From Eledone cirrhosa (taxonomy: Eukaryota), in the NCBI GenBank assembly GCA_964016885.1, contig OZ024751.1, positions 31,930,001-31,994,000 on the forward strand: a stretch of DNA of 64,000 nt, read 5' to 3'. Shown here piece by piece: positions 1 through 13,943 of this stretch. Position numbers and translations under genes: made by a program. Position 1 is the first letter of the stretch. Each line of letters begins with the position of its first letter. The notes beneath the pieces were generated by a model. The model ran no database searches, was not told where the DNA came from, and saw nothing but the letters and a program-made list of their open reading frames with translations.

Positions 1-265
1 TACCCATAACTCCTGATGGAGTCGTAGGGGTGCCGTAGGGTCATACGGCGTTTCTTGAAAATCGTAGGGATGCAACAGTAACATATAGCATATCTTTTAT
101 AGACCCGTAACACTTCATGGATTCGAAGGGTGCTGCAGGGGCATACGGCGTTTCTTGGTAATCGTAGGGGTGCAGCAGTAACATAAAGCATGTCTTTGAT
201 AGACACGTAACACTTTATGGAATCGTAGGAGTGCCGCAGGGGCATACTGCGTTTCTTGGGAATTT
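1..265. repeat. Tandem repeat of about 100 bp (2.5 copies visible); monomers near 3175-3290 and 11065-11145
   Basis: Recurring TCGTAGGG..GGGCATACGGCGTTTCTTG. Confidence 0.75.
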
Positions 266-397
266 TAAATCCTAGTGAACCCCATCTCTTATTAGATCTG
301 AACAGAACAAACATCTTCCAGAGAAGGAGAGAAAGAGATTATAAAAACAGAATCAACCCCAGTACAGAATTGGTATTTATTTTTATTGACCTCGGAA

Positions 398-580
398 GGG
401 CGGTGGTTTGGCAGTATCAGTAGAGCGTCAGACACCATGCTTTGCAGCATAGTTATGGCCCTTTGCGTTCTGAGTTCAAATCTGCCGAGGTTAACTTTGC
501 CTTTCATCCTTACGAGGCTGATAAAATAAAATACCAGTGATGCACTGGGGTAATCGCTGGCCTTGTACCAAAAGTAGAAA
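398..580 (+). mobile_element. tRNA-derived SINE family 1. Other plus copies about 6105-6260, 7725-7880, 10690-11000 (two), 15555-15726, 23380-23620, 39020-39140
   Basis: A-box-like TGGCAGTATCAG, B box GAGTTCAAATC and conserved body GCCTTTCATCCTTACGGGGTCGATAAAATAAAGTACC (resembles the Meta/MESC SINE domain; not verified by search). Confidence 0.9.
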
Positions 581-854
581 TCTATTTTTATTCACCTCGA
601 AAGGATGAAAGGTCAAAGTTGACCTCAGCAGGTTTTTGAACTCAGAGAGTGCAGAGAGCCGAAAGTAATGCTACAAAATATTCTATCCAACGTTTTAACG
701 ACTCAACCAATCCACTGCGCTTTGGAAACATTATCTGTTAATCTCCATACATTCATTTAACTGCAATTGATCAGTCTCTGGGTAAAACCACATAACCTAT
801 TTCTCTCGTAATATGAAGAATAACTGTTACTAAAGGCTATCAGTCAATCACCAA

Positions 855-885
<31 letters not shown>

Positions 886-936
886 CTTCTTCTTCTTCTT
901 CTTCTTCTTCTTCTTCTTCTTCTTCTTCTTCTTCTT

Positions 937-1033
<97 letters not shown>

Positions 1034-1865
1034 TCATTATTATTATTATCATTATCATTATTATTATTATCATCAACATGAAATCACAGAAGTGTGAAAT
1101 AAGAAGAGACGAAGAAAGAAATACAATATGTATGAAAGTGTGTGTATAGGTGTGTACAGAGATGCCAAAATGACTACCATATGTGTGTGTATGTGTGTGT
1201 ATGAGAGTGTTTGTGTGTTTGCATGTACGCGTGCATGTATGTCAACATAGCTTGTATTTGTGTATTGGTTAGTGTATAGTTATATATGTGAGTGTATGGA
1301 TGTATGTGTATGTATGTGTGTATATGTGTGTGTATGTGTGCTGCGTGCGTATGTGTATATGTGTGTGTGCGTGTATATGTGTATGTGTGTATATATAGAT
1401 ATATGCGTGTGTATGGGAGTGTGTGTGTGTCAATATATATATATATATATATATATATAGTCGGGTTTTAGTTTTCCGTACTTTTACATATTGAATAACC
1501 AATATGTGCAGAACTTTATAACGTTTGGTTATTGAATAAACTGAAGTAGGACCCGTCTTTAACTCTTCTCTCCTTAGTTGAGGTACTTAAGATATTTTTT
1601 CATCTATATTTGTGAAATTCACATAAAGGCATAACTTGTCTCTACCTCTTTTGTTCTGTCCCAATGTGCAATGGAATGAACGGTATCAATCTTATTATCC
1701 GAAACCGTAGTGATTTCCACAGGTTGACTGACGAGATGGGACTGTCCACCTTTCCGTTGTTTTTTCCATTGTCTTTATCCCCTATTTTGAATATATATAT
1801 ATAGTTACTTCGGATTTAGCTGTCGAAAAGGTCGGAGCTCAGCCGTCGGGTCCTGACTTTTTTCC

Positions 1866-1949
<84 letters not shown>

Positions 1950-1982
1950 CGTGTGTGTGTGTGTGCGTGTGTGCCTGTGTGC

Positions 1983-2050
<68 letters not shown>

Positions 2051-2591
2051 TGTATGTGTGTGTATTTATATACACATATACGCATACACACACACATATA
2101 TATATATATGGCTGCCTTAATTTCTCTTTCTTTGACGGCTGTTTTTTTAACTGGGCCGCAGTAATTCTTTACTCTTTGAAATTAGTTTTAGTCCTTTTTT
2201 TGCCTATTTTCTAAATCCTTTCTTTCTTTCTTTTTATTTTGGTATTCTCCAATTGCTGGTAGTGAGCTTTCTTATCTGGTTCCCACTCGTTTCCAGCGGT
2301 TCCCACCGGCTCCCACCGGTTCTCACCGGTTTCCACTGTTTTCCAGTAATATCAAATATCTTCATTGGACATTTAGTAAATTCATATCTGTCTCCTCTTT
2401 GTAATTCTTCATAACTTGCTTCTAGAAAACGTCTACCACATAACATTATTCTGTATTTTCTTTTATTTAATTCTCTACGTAGGTATATAGAATTCAGTTC
2501 TCATAATTTTATTAACTTAGTTTTTATTTTTTGTTCTTGAATACGCATGTTTGCATATATTATATACATGTATCTATGTATGTGTACATAT

Positions 2592-2674
<83 letters not shown>

Positions 2675-2683
2675 CTCACATGT

Positions 2684-2732
<49 letters not shown>

Positions 2733-2752
2733 AATAGTTCCACAACAGTTAG

Positions 2753-2812
2753 TTCACCATACCGAGAACAAATGTTTCATCTTATGCGGATCTTCAGCTC
2801 AGTATGAGTGAA
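2753..2812 (-). ncRNA. Type I hammerhead ribozyme, intact catalytic core
   Basis: Minus strand reads CATACTGAG-CTGAAGA-TCCGCATAAGAT-GAAACATTTGTT-CTCGGTATG: 9-bp stem I (extends via TTCAC/GTGAA), CUGANGA and GAAA boxes, stem III ACA/TGT, GUU cleavage triplet. Confidence 0.7.
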
Positions 2813-2826
2813 GTTGTATTTATAAA

Positions 2827-2878
<52 letters not shown>

Positions 2879-3703
2879 GTATGTATGTTATCTCTTTCTC
2901 TTAATTTCGAGTATATTTTTTTGACCGGCCACCTTCCTGGTGGCAAGGTTGTAAAAGAAAAGAAATTGTCATCCCTTGAATCGCAAGAATGTTTTGCAAT
3001 GTATGTATGTATGTATGTATGTATGTATGTATGTATGTATGTATGTATGTATGTATGTATGTATGTATGTATGTATGTATGTTTGTTTGTTTCTTTGCTT
3101 TTATCATTCGTTAACTCCTCTAATTTGGTCTTGCTAATTCCCTTTTCTCCATTCTCCTTACTTGCATACATGTATGGTCCCGTAACACCACAACCGAGTC
3201 GTAGGGGCCACCAGATTGACATACGGCGTTTCTAGAATATTTTAAAACCAGACGGAGCCCATCTCATCTCCAGGTCTGAGAAGATAGAGAAGGATAGAGA
3301 AAGTGAGAAAATGGAAGTGAGGAAGAATCGATGCCAGTACTTGACTGGTATATTTCTTATCGACCTAGAATGGATGAAAGGCAAAGTTAACCTCGGTGGT
3401 ATTCGAAATTACTGCAGCCCAGTTAATAAAAACTATTTTGGGATTCGAAACGGATACCAAAAAGTATTCTATCCGACGTTCTAATAACTCTTTTCTTCTT
3501 AGGCTTCCATAATTCTTTCTCACTCGCCTTCCATACCAATACACCACTTAACGTCTGTTTCTTTCACTTCTACTCTTAAGATAAAGCCGTATCAGTAATA
3601 GACACTTAAGCAAACAACTCACCAACACATTAAACTTTTTCAAATAAACCATCCCAGTTACATTTTAACGTTTTATTACTATTATAAAAAACAACGTATA
3701 TAC

Positions 3704-3773
<70 letters not shown>

Positions 3774-3780
3774 GCGTGTG

Positions 3781-3823
<43 letters not shown>

Positions 3824-3927
3824 ATGATGCTAGCTGACGTCATCATATATACATTTTCGTTCGTAGCCGGCGTGGATTTTTTCCCTATTTTTCGTGTTTT
3901 TTCGTTTTCTTTATTGGGTACTTACAT

Positions 3928-4005
<78 letters not shown>

Positions 4006-4152
4006 TCTCTCTCTCTCTCTATATATATATATGTGTGTGTGTGTGTGTGAGTGTGTGTGTGTGTGTGTGTCTTAATTATGTCCATTAACCAGCCATAGAC
4101 AAAGGTAAAAAGAGGGATGTTACATCTCCTTACTCAGTAAAGAAAGTAATAA

Positions 4153-4200
<48 letters not shown>

Positions 4201-4864
4201 GCTGCCTCTTTTCATCATTGATGAGTCACATTAGAAGGAAAAGTGTGACGTGACATGGTTGTTGTGATGGTAGTGGTTGTGGCGGTGGCAATGATGACAG
4301 AGTTGTTGTTGTTGTTGTTGGTGATGCTGGTTGTGGCGATGGGGATGATCGTATTGCTGCTGTTGGTGGTGTTGTTGATGGTGATTATTATGTGAAAGTG
4401 GTGATGAAGGTAGTGATGGCCTACACGTGAAATTAACGTGTAAATGTCAGATCACTCCACAGACACGTGCACCCTTAACGTAAATCTCAGGAAGAGTCAG
4501 CATGATACAGTATGTTACAAAGATGACCCCTTTGAATTACATGCACAGTCCATCCAACGGGCTTCCAAACTGTTTCCGTCTACAAATTTCGCTAACATGA
4601 GTCAAGCCGAGGCTGTGTTAAATGATAGTTGTCCAAGATGTCCCACTGTGGGTGTCCAACCCGGGACCTAACGATTACGAAGATAATTTCTTAACCATTT
4701 GGCCATGCTACGTCCCCGAAATATATATAATAAGGATTCTGCTAGAGTTGTCTCATTGCTCCATATTTAGCAGCTGTGTAGGAGAATTAATGATGGAATA
4801 GACACACACCACACTCCACACTCCAACCCTCACACCCTACATCCACACACCCACTCCCCACACA

Positions 4865-5150
4865 CTCTGTATAGAGTAGTTATAGTGTGTCTGTATAACG
4901 TAGTTATAGTGTCTGTATAGAGTAGTTATAGTGTGTCTGTATAGAGTAGTTATAGTGTGTGTATATAGAGTAGTTATAGTGTGTCTGTATATAGTAGTTA
5001 TAGTGTAACGGTACAATATAGAGTAGCTGCAGTGTGTCTGTAGAATATAGCGTAGTTATTGTGTCTGTATAATATAACGTAGTTATAGTGTGTCTGTATA
5101 ACGTAAATATATTCTGTCTGTATAACGTAGTTATAGTATGTCTGTATAGA
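4865..5150. repeat. Minisatellite of about 24 bp
   Basis: CTGTATAGAGTAGTTATAGTGTGT units. Confidence 0.85.
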
Positions 5151-5914
5151 ATAGCAAATAGCAAGAGAAATTTATTATTCTATCAAAGTCGAAAAAACTT
5201 GAAAGGAAATATGTCGCACAATCTGATTTTAATTTCCATCAAAACTGAACTGTTCTCATTAATAACTTAGTAGATGATTTATTATCAAACGACCCTATAT
5301 AGTTAGATTGAAAGAATGAATAAAGGAGTTAGGCAGATACCTCTATTTAGGTAGCTTTTTATTAGATATACGTTGCATTATATCCACTTTTTTTAAAACC
5401 ATTTCATGATCGTATTTTTAATGAAATACACTTTATTTCAATTAACTAATGAAGAATTTCGTGAAATTTGCTAAAACGATTAATTATTTCATTACTAAAA
5501 CACTAACTTAACATATGGTTCTTATATAAAAAAAAATAAGTTGGAAGATTTTAATTTAAGAAAGAAAGTCTTTAAAATGGGCGGGTTTATTTCATAGAAC
5601 CAAATGTGGTTTTGGTTGGGTTGGTATCCAAAGTGTTAAACTAAAGAAAATATGTGAAATTATCAGAAATGTTGGAGTTTCGTTTGAGGTTTGGCAGACA
5701 TTTATAAATGTCATGTTCATACAGCCAGTGTGATGGTGTGTGGGGGTGGGTAGGTGTGAGGTGCGAGACTAGTTGTATGGCAGCGGTTAAAATATATGCC
5801 GTGAATGACTTGTGTTACAAAATAAGTCATGAGGGGCATGTTACAACAGATGGCTCGTTACAATAACTAGCACGTATGTTAGTGCTGCAATATATGATAT
5901 ATATATATATATTT

Positions 5915-5962
<48 letters not shown>

Positions 5963-6061
5963 AAATATATATATACAATAAATATATATATAGTATATAT
6001 ATATATACTTATATATATATATATATATGTATATATATACATATATATATATATATACTAT

Positions 6062-6096
<35 letters not shown>

Positions 6097-6640
6097 CAAT
6101 ATATTTGTGTTGGTAGAGGGTTGGACATGCTTTCCAGCATAGTTACGTCTCTTTACGATCTGAGTTCAAATCCCGCCAAGGTTAACTTTGCCTGGTCGAT
6201 AAAATAAAGTACCAGTAATGTACTGGGTAATTGCTGGCCTTGTGCCGAAAGTAGAAACAATTATATATATTCTTCTATGTACTACATAAAATCCATAAGA
6301 AAGTGATGATAGTCTGAATGCTGTTGATTCTTTTTGTCAACGACAAGAGTGTTCAGAATCCTGTATTGGTAACTAATTTCATGATTCTGTAGAGATGTAC
6401 TACATGAAAATAACTGATTTACTTATCTCAGGATATCAGCTAGATACAGTTCTCACTTCACAGGAGTGAATAGACAGGAGTATGGTGAGAACAATCGTAC
6501 ATTATATACCGTTCAGTTATTATGCCTGAGTCCCCAGTGATCCACACTTTCTCACAGACTCTACCAAAAAGACAAGTTCTGGTAGGACAGAGTTGTTGAC
6601 TTCAACTTCAACACACACACGCACACACACGCACACACAC

Positions 6641-6754
<114 letters not shown>

Positions 6755-6755
6755 G

Positions 6756-6849
<94 letters not shown>

Positions 6850-6874
6850 TTGAAGACTAAAATCCAAAGAGGGC

Positions 6875-6963
<89 letters not shown>

Positions 6964-7177
6964 ATGCATGTATATGTATATATATAGTTCGCAATAATTA
7001 TATATACATACAAAATCTGTAACTCTATACACCTATTACGATACAGTGTGGATATAATATTTTAAAATTATATCCACATTACTCTAAACGCTATAACACT
7101 ACACAAACATATTATTTCACTCGTTCTAACTTGATACACGTAATACTATACACATTATAACTCTCTCTCTCTCTCTC

Positions 7178-7248
<71 letters not shown>

Positions 7249-7446
7249 GCTTGCGTACATCATATATATATGTATATGTATAATTATATATATATATATA
7301 CATCATTATATACACTCTTCTATATACAACTTAAAATCCATGACTCAGTAACATGTTTCAAATATTTCCACTGGCTACGCCTAATTACTTCGTCCCCCCC
7401 CCCCCCCCCCCCCTCCACATACAAACACATACACACATAAACACGC

Positions 7447-7521
<75 letters not shown>

Positions 7522-8755
7522 TTCATTTTGTCTCTCATTTTATCTACCTTTCTATCTTCCCCCTCTCTATTTCAATCCTCTGTGTCTCTCCTCCTCTTTT
7601 GTCCCATCCACTGCCCTTCTCCTCCACACACTCTCTTACACTATTTCTCATGTTGACATACTGTTTACTAGTTTTCACTCAATTTACAGCTTTTATCAAC
7701 TCTAAACTATTAAATAAGGTAGCTAAATGGCGGAGTCGTTAGAACATCCGATAGAATATTTGGCAATATTCCTTTCAATTTTCTTTGTTCTGAGTTCAAA
7801 TCTCGCTGAGGTCATCTTTGCTTTTCGTCCTTTCGAGGTCGATAAATAAAGTACTATTTCATTATTTGGGTCGATTCTTTCTCTATACCTCTATCCCCCT
7901 CTCTTTCTAACTCACTCTCCCTCTCTCTCTAACTTTCCCCCATTCCCCTCTTTCTCTCTCTCCCTCCATCGCTCTCTCACTGCTTCTCTCTCTCTCTCTC
8001 ATTCTTTCTCTCACTCTATCTTCCTCTCTAACTCTCTTTCTTTCTTTCTTTAACCCCCCCCCCCTTTTCTCTCTAACTCAGAATGTCAGAAATATAAAGA
8101 ACATAAATAGTAGAAGATGCAAAAGTTCGAATTATCTTCCTTGAAGTATTTCTTCTTTAAACATTCTCAGTTGAAATTTTGCCTGCCTTGACTTCTATTT
8201 TCTATCCACCTGCAGAGTGTACAGAACTTTAGAAAGTTACCCATCTAATCGTCGAGTGAATCTATCTTATTTTCAAGGTAACTTCTTTGTATATTTGATG
8301 TAACTATCATCTATATCTATAAAACAGGAATAGTACAGTCATATGCGAGTGCCAATGGTTGTTACTGACAAAAGATCGTCCCTAGAATAGATAACAATCC
8401 TTCAGTGACCTTGTCCACCTAGTTGATGTTACAATGTACTGGAAGCAATAGTAAATAAGTGAGTTATGTATCCTTCGCCGAAAGAGGGCGTCAACTAACG
8501 TTTTCCCCTATCATTTCTGCACTACAAACTAATGGAACACATGTGTTTTACAGTGTCACCGTTACTCACAACTGTGGATCATATGACCGAAAACCTCGGT
8601 AAATGGCAATAAAAACAGCTCAACGACATATTATAATAGCTATAGCTGGCCATTGATCAAGAAATCTTACATTCCGACTTTAAAAGAATGTGTTTATATG
8701 TCAGTGACTTTTTTTCTTGGCTTTATACATGATAAATGTCCAAATATAATTGAAG

Positions 8756-9327
8756 AAACTGTTCACAGTGCCAGCTCAGCTATAAACCTCTCTACCAGTT
8801 GACTGAGTAGAAAATGTTCACAGTGCCAGCTCAGCTATAAACCTCTCTACCAGTTGACTGAGTAGAAAATGTTCACAGTGCCAGCTCAGCTATAAACCTC
8901 TCTACCAGTTGACTGAGTAGAAAATGTTCACAGTGCCAGCTCAGCTATAAACCTCTCTACCAGTTGACTGAGTAGAAAATGTTCACAGTGCCAGCTCAGC
9001 TATAAACCTCTCTACCAGTTGACTGAGTAGAAAATGTTCACAGTGCCAGCTCAGCTATAAACCTCTCTACCAGTTGACTGAGTAGAAAATGTTCACAGTG
9101 CCAGCTCAGCTATAAACCTCTCTACCAGTTGACTGAGTAGAAAATGTTCACAGTGCCAGCTCAGCTATAAACCTCTCTACCAGTTGACTGAGTAGAAAAT
9201 GTTCACAGTGCCAGCTTAGCTATAAACCTCTCTACCAGTTGACAAAGTAGAAACTGTTCACAGTGCCAGCTTAGCTATAAACCTCTCTGCCAGTTGACAG
9301 AGTAAAAAATCTTCAAAATGGCAGCTC
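8756..9327. repeat. 55-bp minisatellite, about 10 near-identical copies
   Basis: Unit GTTCACAGTGCCAGCTCAGCTATAAACCTCTCTACCAGTTGACTGAGTAGAAAAT at 8761, 8816, 8871 and onward. Confidence 0.95.
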
Positions 9328-9695
9328 AGTGCCACAACAGAAAGACTGGGGTTGTGACATTAGAGATGTGCCACATCTTCAGTGTTACAACAGAAAGACT
9401 GGGGTTGGGGAAATAGCGGAGGAGTGTCACAACAGAAAGACTGGGGTTGTGACATTAGAGATGTGTCACATTCTTCAGTGTCACAACAGAAAGACTGGGG
9501 TTATGACATTAGAAGAAATGTGCCACATTCTTCAGTGCCACAACAGAAAGACTGGGGTTGTGGAAATAGCGGAGGCGTATCACAACAGAAAGACTGGGGT
9601 TGTGACATTAGAGGAGATGTGCCATATTCTTCAGTGCCACAACAGAATTATTGGGGTTGTGGGAATAGCGGAGGAGGAGGAGGAGTGCCACAACC
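9328..9695. repeat. Composite minisatellite: constant core of about 28 bp with two alternative spacers
   Basis: Core GTGCCACAACAGAAAGACTGGGGTTGTG seven times, spacer order A B A A B A B. Confidence 0.85.
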
Positions 9696-10244
9696 TGCGA
9701 TGCATGTGATGTGTTGAGAATGAGTGGTAACTAAAACTAAGTCAGTAAACATGGACACCATAGACAGCAGCAGCAGCTGGGTAGCTGATTTCCGGAGAAT
9801 ATCATCTGAAGCACTGAAACGAAAACAAATGAAGATGATATGAGAGACGTCTGTTGATCGTTGAAACCTGCACTTCCTTCTTCCGGACAGTAGAGACGGG
9901 AGGGGAGGGGCGGAAAAAGACAGCAGAAGAAGAAGAAGAAGAAGAAGAAGAAGAAGAAGAAGAAGAAGAAGAAGGAGGAGGAGGAGGAGGAACGAATGCA
10001 AAATAAACTAACCAAAAAAAAAATAATAATACTGTAAAATTGCTGAAAGCTACAGTAAACCATTAGGACCACTAGTACTATTAGTAGCATTAGTAGCATT
10101 AATACTATTACTACTATTAGTACATTCAGTACAATTAGTACTATTAGTATCAGTAGTATGTCGTGTGACGGCAGGAAAAATTGAGAGAGAATGTTATTTT
10201 CTAAGTGTCGTAATCAGTTTGTGTTTGGTGATGGTGGGATTAGT

Positions 10245-10530
10245 TCGGGTGGGATATTATCAGACATTGTCTGACATCACCAATGTACCGGGGGTGGGAT
10301 ATTCTCAGACATTGTCAGAGATTGTCAGACACCACCAATGTATCGGGGTGGGACATTGTCTGACACCACCAATGTACCGGGGTAGGACATTGTCAGACAT
10401 TGTCTGACACCACCAATGTACCGGGGTAGGACATTGTCAGACATTGTCTGACACCACTAATGTACCGGGTGGGACATTCTCAGAGTGTCTGACACTACAA
10501 ATGTACCGCGGGTGGGATATTGCCAGGAAT
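10245..10530. repeat. Modular minisatellite of about 34-55 bp
   Basis: ACCAATGTACCGGGG six times, separated by a variable number of CATTGTC(A/T)GA modules. Confidence 0.85.
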
Positions 10531-11649
10531 TGCTGCTTAATTAAAATTATAGTTTAATGACAGTCTATTCACGAGAGAAATTATGTTTCTTTTATTGAAG
10601 ATTGTAAAAAAAAATAAAAACAAGACAATAAGATCAAATTAAAAATATATAATTAGGGATAATTAATTAAAAGGGAATGAAACGATTTGTTGCTCACCAC
10701 AAAGAGTTACAGTCTTTTATGGTCTGAGTTCAAATCCTGCCAAGGTTAACTTTGCCTTTCATCCTTACGGGGTCGATAAAATAAAGTACCAGTTTTGCAC
10801 TGGGATAATTGCTGGCGTTGTGCCAAAAATAGAAACAATTATTGCTATATAGAGATTGTTAGCAGAATGGTTAGAACGTCGGATAGAATGTTTTGTGGAA
10901 TTCGTTCCTGCTCTCAGAGTTCAAATCCCGCCGAGGTCAACTTTGCCTTTCATCTTTTCGAGGTCGATAAAAAAGTACCAGTAATGTACTGAGGTGGATT
11001 CTTCTATATTTCTTTCTCATTTCCTGTCTCTCTCACTTTCTAACTTTCTCTGGAAGAAATCTGCTGTACTCAGGCCTGGAGAGGCTTAAAATGCCTGAGA
11101 AATGCCGCATACGGCGCCCCTACCACTCTATCAGGAGTTACGAGACTATACTTACATACATAGAGATTGTGGTATTTATAATTATATATATATACACATA
11201 CTCGTGTTCTCCTTCTACTTATACACACCCATATACAATGGAAAATATTTGAGCACTCAAATATGCATACATACACAAACACATCACTGCAATAGATATA
11301 GATATCCGTATAAATGATTACATAAACACATATATGCATATACATAAATGAGTGGGTGTATGTGTGCGCATACACACACATATATGTATGTGTATATACA
11401 TATTCTCACTATTCATGCATATATTTATATATACACGCATACATTCTCTCTCTCTCTCTCTCTCTCACACATACACACACATATATATATATATCGTATC
11501 TCTTATTCAACATTATACATATGAACATATGCATATATATATTTATATATATATGAGTGTGTGTGTGTGTGTGTGAGTGTGTGCGTTTATGTTGTGTGTA
11601 TATACACACACACACATACACACATATATATATATAAAAGATAGATAGA

Positions 11650-11751
<102 letters not shown>

Positions 11752-12034
11752 GAGAGAGATATTATCAACTTAAGTGAAAGCTGTACTGTTATTTTAGAAG
11801 CCAAATTACCATCAACATTTCAGTGCTCAGTCAACCTTACGTGTGCAAAATGGATTACCGCCCTTTTCTGTGGAGTGTTATATCGCAAATATGTTACAAA
11901 AACGACGCCATTTTTATTACTGAAGACTTTTTAATTATAAACTTGATTCTATGAGACTGGTTAAAGTTTCCATACACCAAATGTGTCATATATCCCTCCA
12001 CCCCTACGTCAGTGATACACAGCTTGATCTTGAT

Positions 12035-12134
<100 letters not shown>

Positions 12135-13044
12135 CAATTTTCAGTAAGGTTATATAGTTAGTCTGGTATCCTCAGTACAGAAGTAAGTTACTAAACTGGC
12201 TTTGATGGAAGTTAGACTCTTAGTTTCTGTTTTTATTTCATTGTATAATATTTCATCATTTGGAGAAAGTAACTACTCTCTCTCTCTCTGTCCCCCTCTC
12301 TCACTCACCCACACACACTCTTTCTCTCACTTTCTCCCTCTATCTCTTGCTGTCTCTCTCTCATTCTCTCACTCTCTCACTATCTCTCACTTTCTTCCTC
12401 TCATTCTCTGACTCTCACTCTCTCACATTTTCTCTCTATCTTCCACTTTCTCTCTCTCACTCTCTCTCTCTATTTTCACTTTCTCTCTCACATTCTCCCA
12501 CGCTCTCACTCTTTCTCTCTCTATAGCTCTCTCTCTAGCGCTCTCTCTCTATCTCTCAATCTTAAACGGGATTATATATAATATAGATGGTGTGGGAAGA
12601 TACTAGGTGGATCATAACGCACCAGAGTACTCAATACATAGTTCGGCTATCTAGCTGTCGAAACGGTAGGAGCTCAACCGTCGGGGTCCTGACTCTTTTC
12701 CTATATATATATATCAGCAGAAAATGTACACAGCTACACAGGACAAATGACAGATGCTACCACCGCCACTATCATCCCTACTCCACGGCCCCGCCACTAC
12801 CATTACCAGTAGGTTAGACAGATCTGTTCAGTCTATTTCTTTCGTTACGCTATCGGCTCCTTGGCCAGAAAGAACATTTTGTTCATTTTGATGGCTAATT
12901 ACCCCCATCCATCTACCTTTTACCTGTCTACCCACATACACATCTACTCGCCTACCCACCCACACACCCATAATTCCTTGCCAAATCTGAACAGTTTGGA
13001 AAATCATGGCCAATCATTTAACTTTGAAATATTTGGTTGCTGCT

Positions 13045-13125
<81 letters not shown>

Positions 13126-13870
13126 GGTAACTGGAACATTGCCATAACATCAGTTTAGAATATTAAAATGGAGGTGTGTGGTCAGTTATCAACGGAATAG
13201 ATTTGGCACACAATTACTCAACCAGCCACTATTATTAGGGAAAGTTACCATCATCATCTTCATCATGTCTATTTTCCAAACTTCCTAATGCCAATCACTT
13301 TACAGGGTGGACTAGGTGCTATTTGTCATGGCACCAGAACAAGCACCTTACAGGGTGGACTGGGTACTTTTTTTGTGATTGCACCAGAATGACCATCTTA
13401 CAGAGTGGACTGGAGGAGTTTTTGTCATGGTACCAACATGACTATCTTACAGGGCGGACAGGGTATTTTTTTTGTCATGGCCTAAACATGACCATTTTAC
13501 AAAGTGAACTGGGTACTTTTTGTTCTGGTACCAGCATGACCATCTTACAGAGTGGACTGGAGGCTTTTTTGTCACGATACTTTCCAACATGTATATATGA
13601 TATGACAAGCTTCTATTGGTTGGCAAATAATGAAATTCTTCAAATTCTTGAAATGTTGGAATCCAAACACAGAAATTGCTATAAATAATAAATCCTAAAA
13701 TTTGTTCAAATATTGTTTTTATCCACAGATAATAAAAATGTATACCAGTAATACACTAAGGTCAGTTCAATCCAGTGTATTCCTTCTCCTACCATAAAGA
13801 AGAAATATTAACTTTATGCCACATATTTTCTTGGAGTTATCTTTTTACTTTTACTTTTCTTACAATAAAA

Positions 13871-13943
<73 letters not shown>

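Noticed and set aside
398-490. tRNA genes at GAGTTCAAATC motifs
   Set aside because: All are SINE heads continuing into the SINE body and lack acceptor-stem pairing.
1670-1760. Hammerhead from CCGAAACCGTA and CTGACGA
   Set aside because: The boxes cannot be joined by consistent stems; at most a very decayed cassette.
9328-9695. CRISPR array
   Set aside because: Spacers are only two recurring types, the context is eukaryotic and there are no cas genes.
9743-9814. Selenoprotein-like exon (minus strand, acceptor then CFR-TGA-YSPEISYPAAAAVYGVHVY)
   Set aside because: The CxxU pattern is tempting, but I see no SECIS, no upstream exon and no family similarity.
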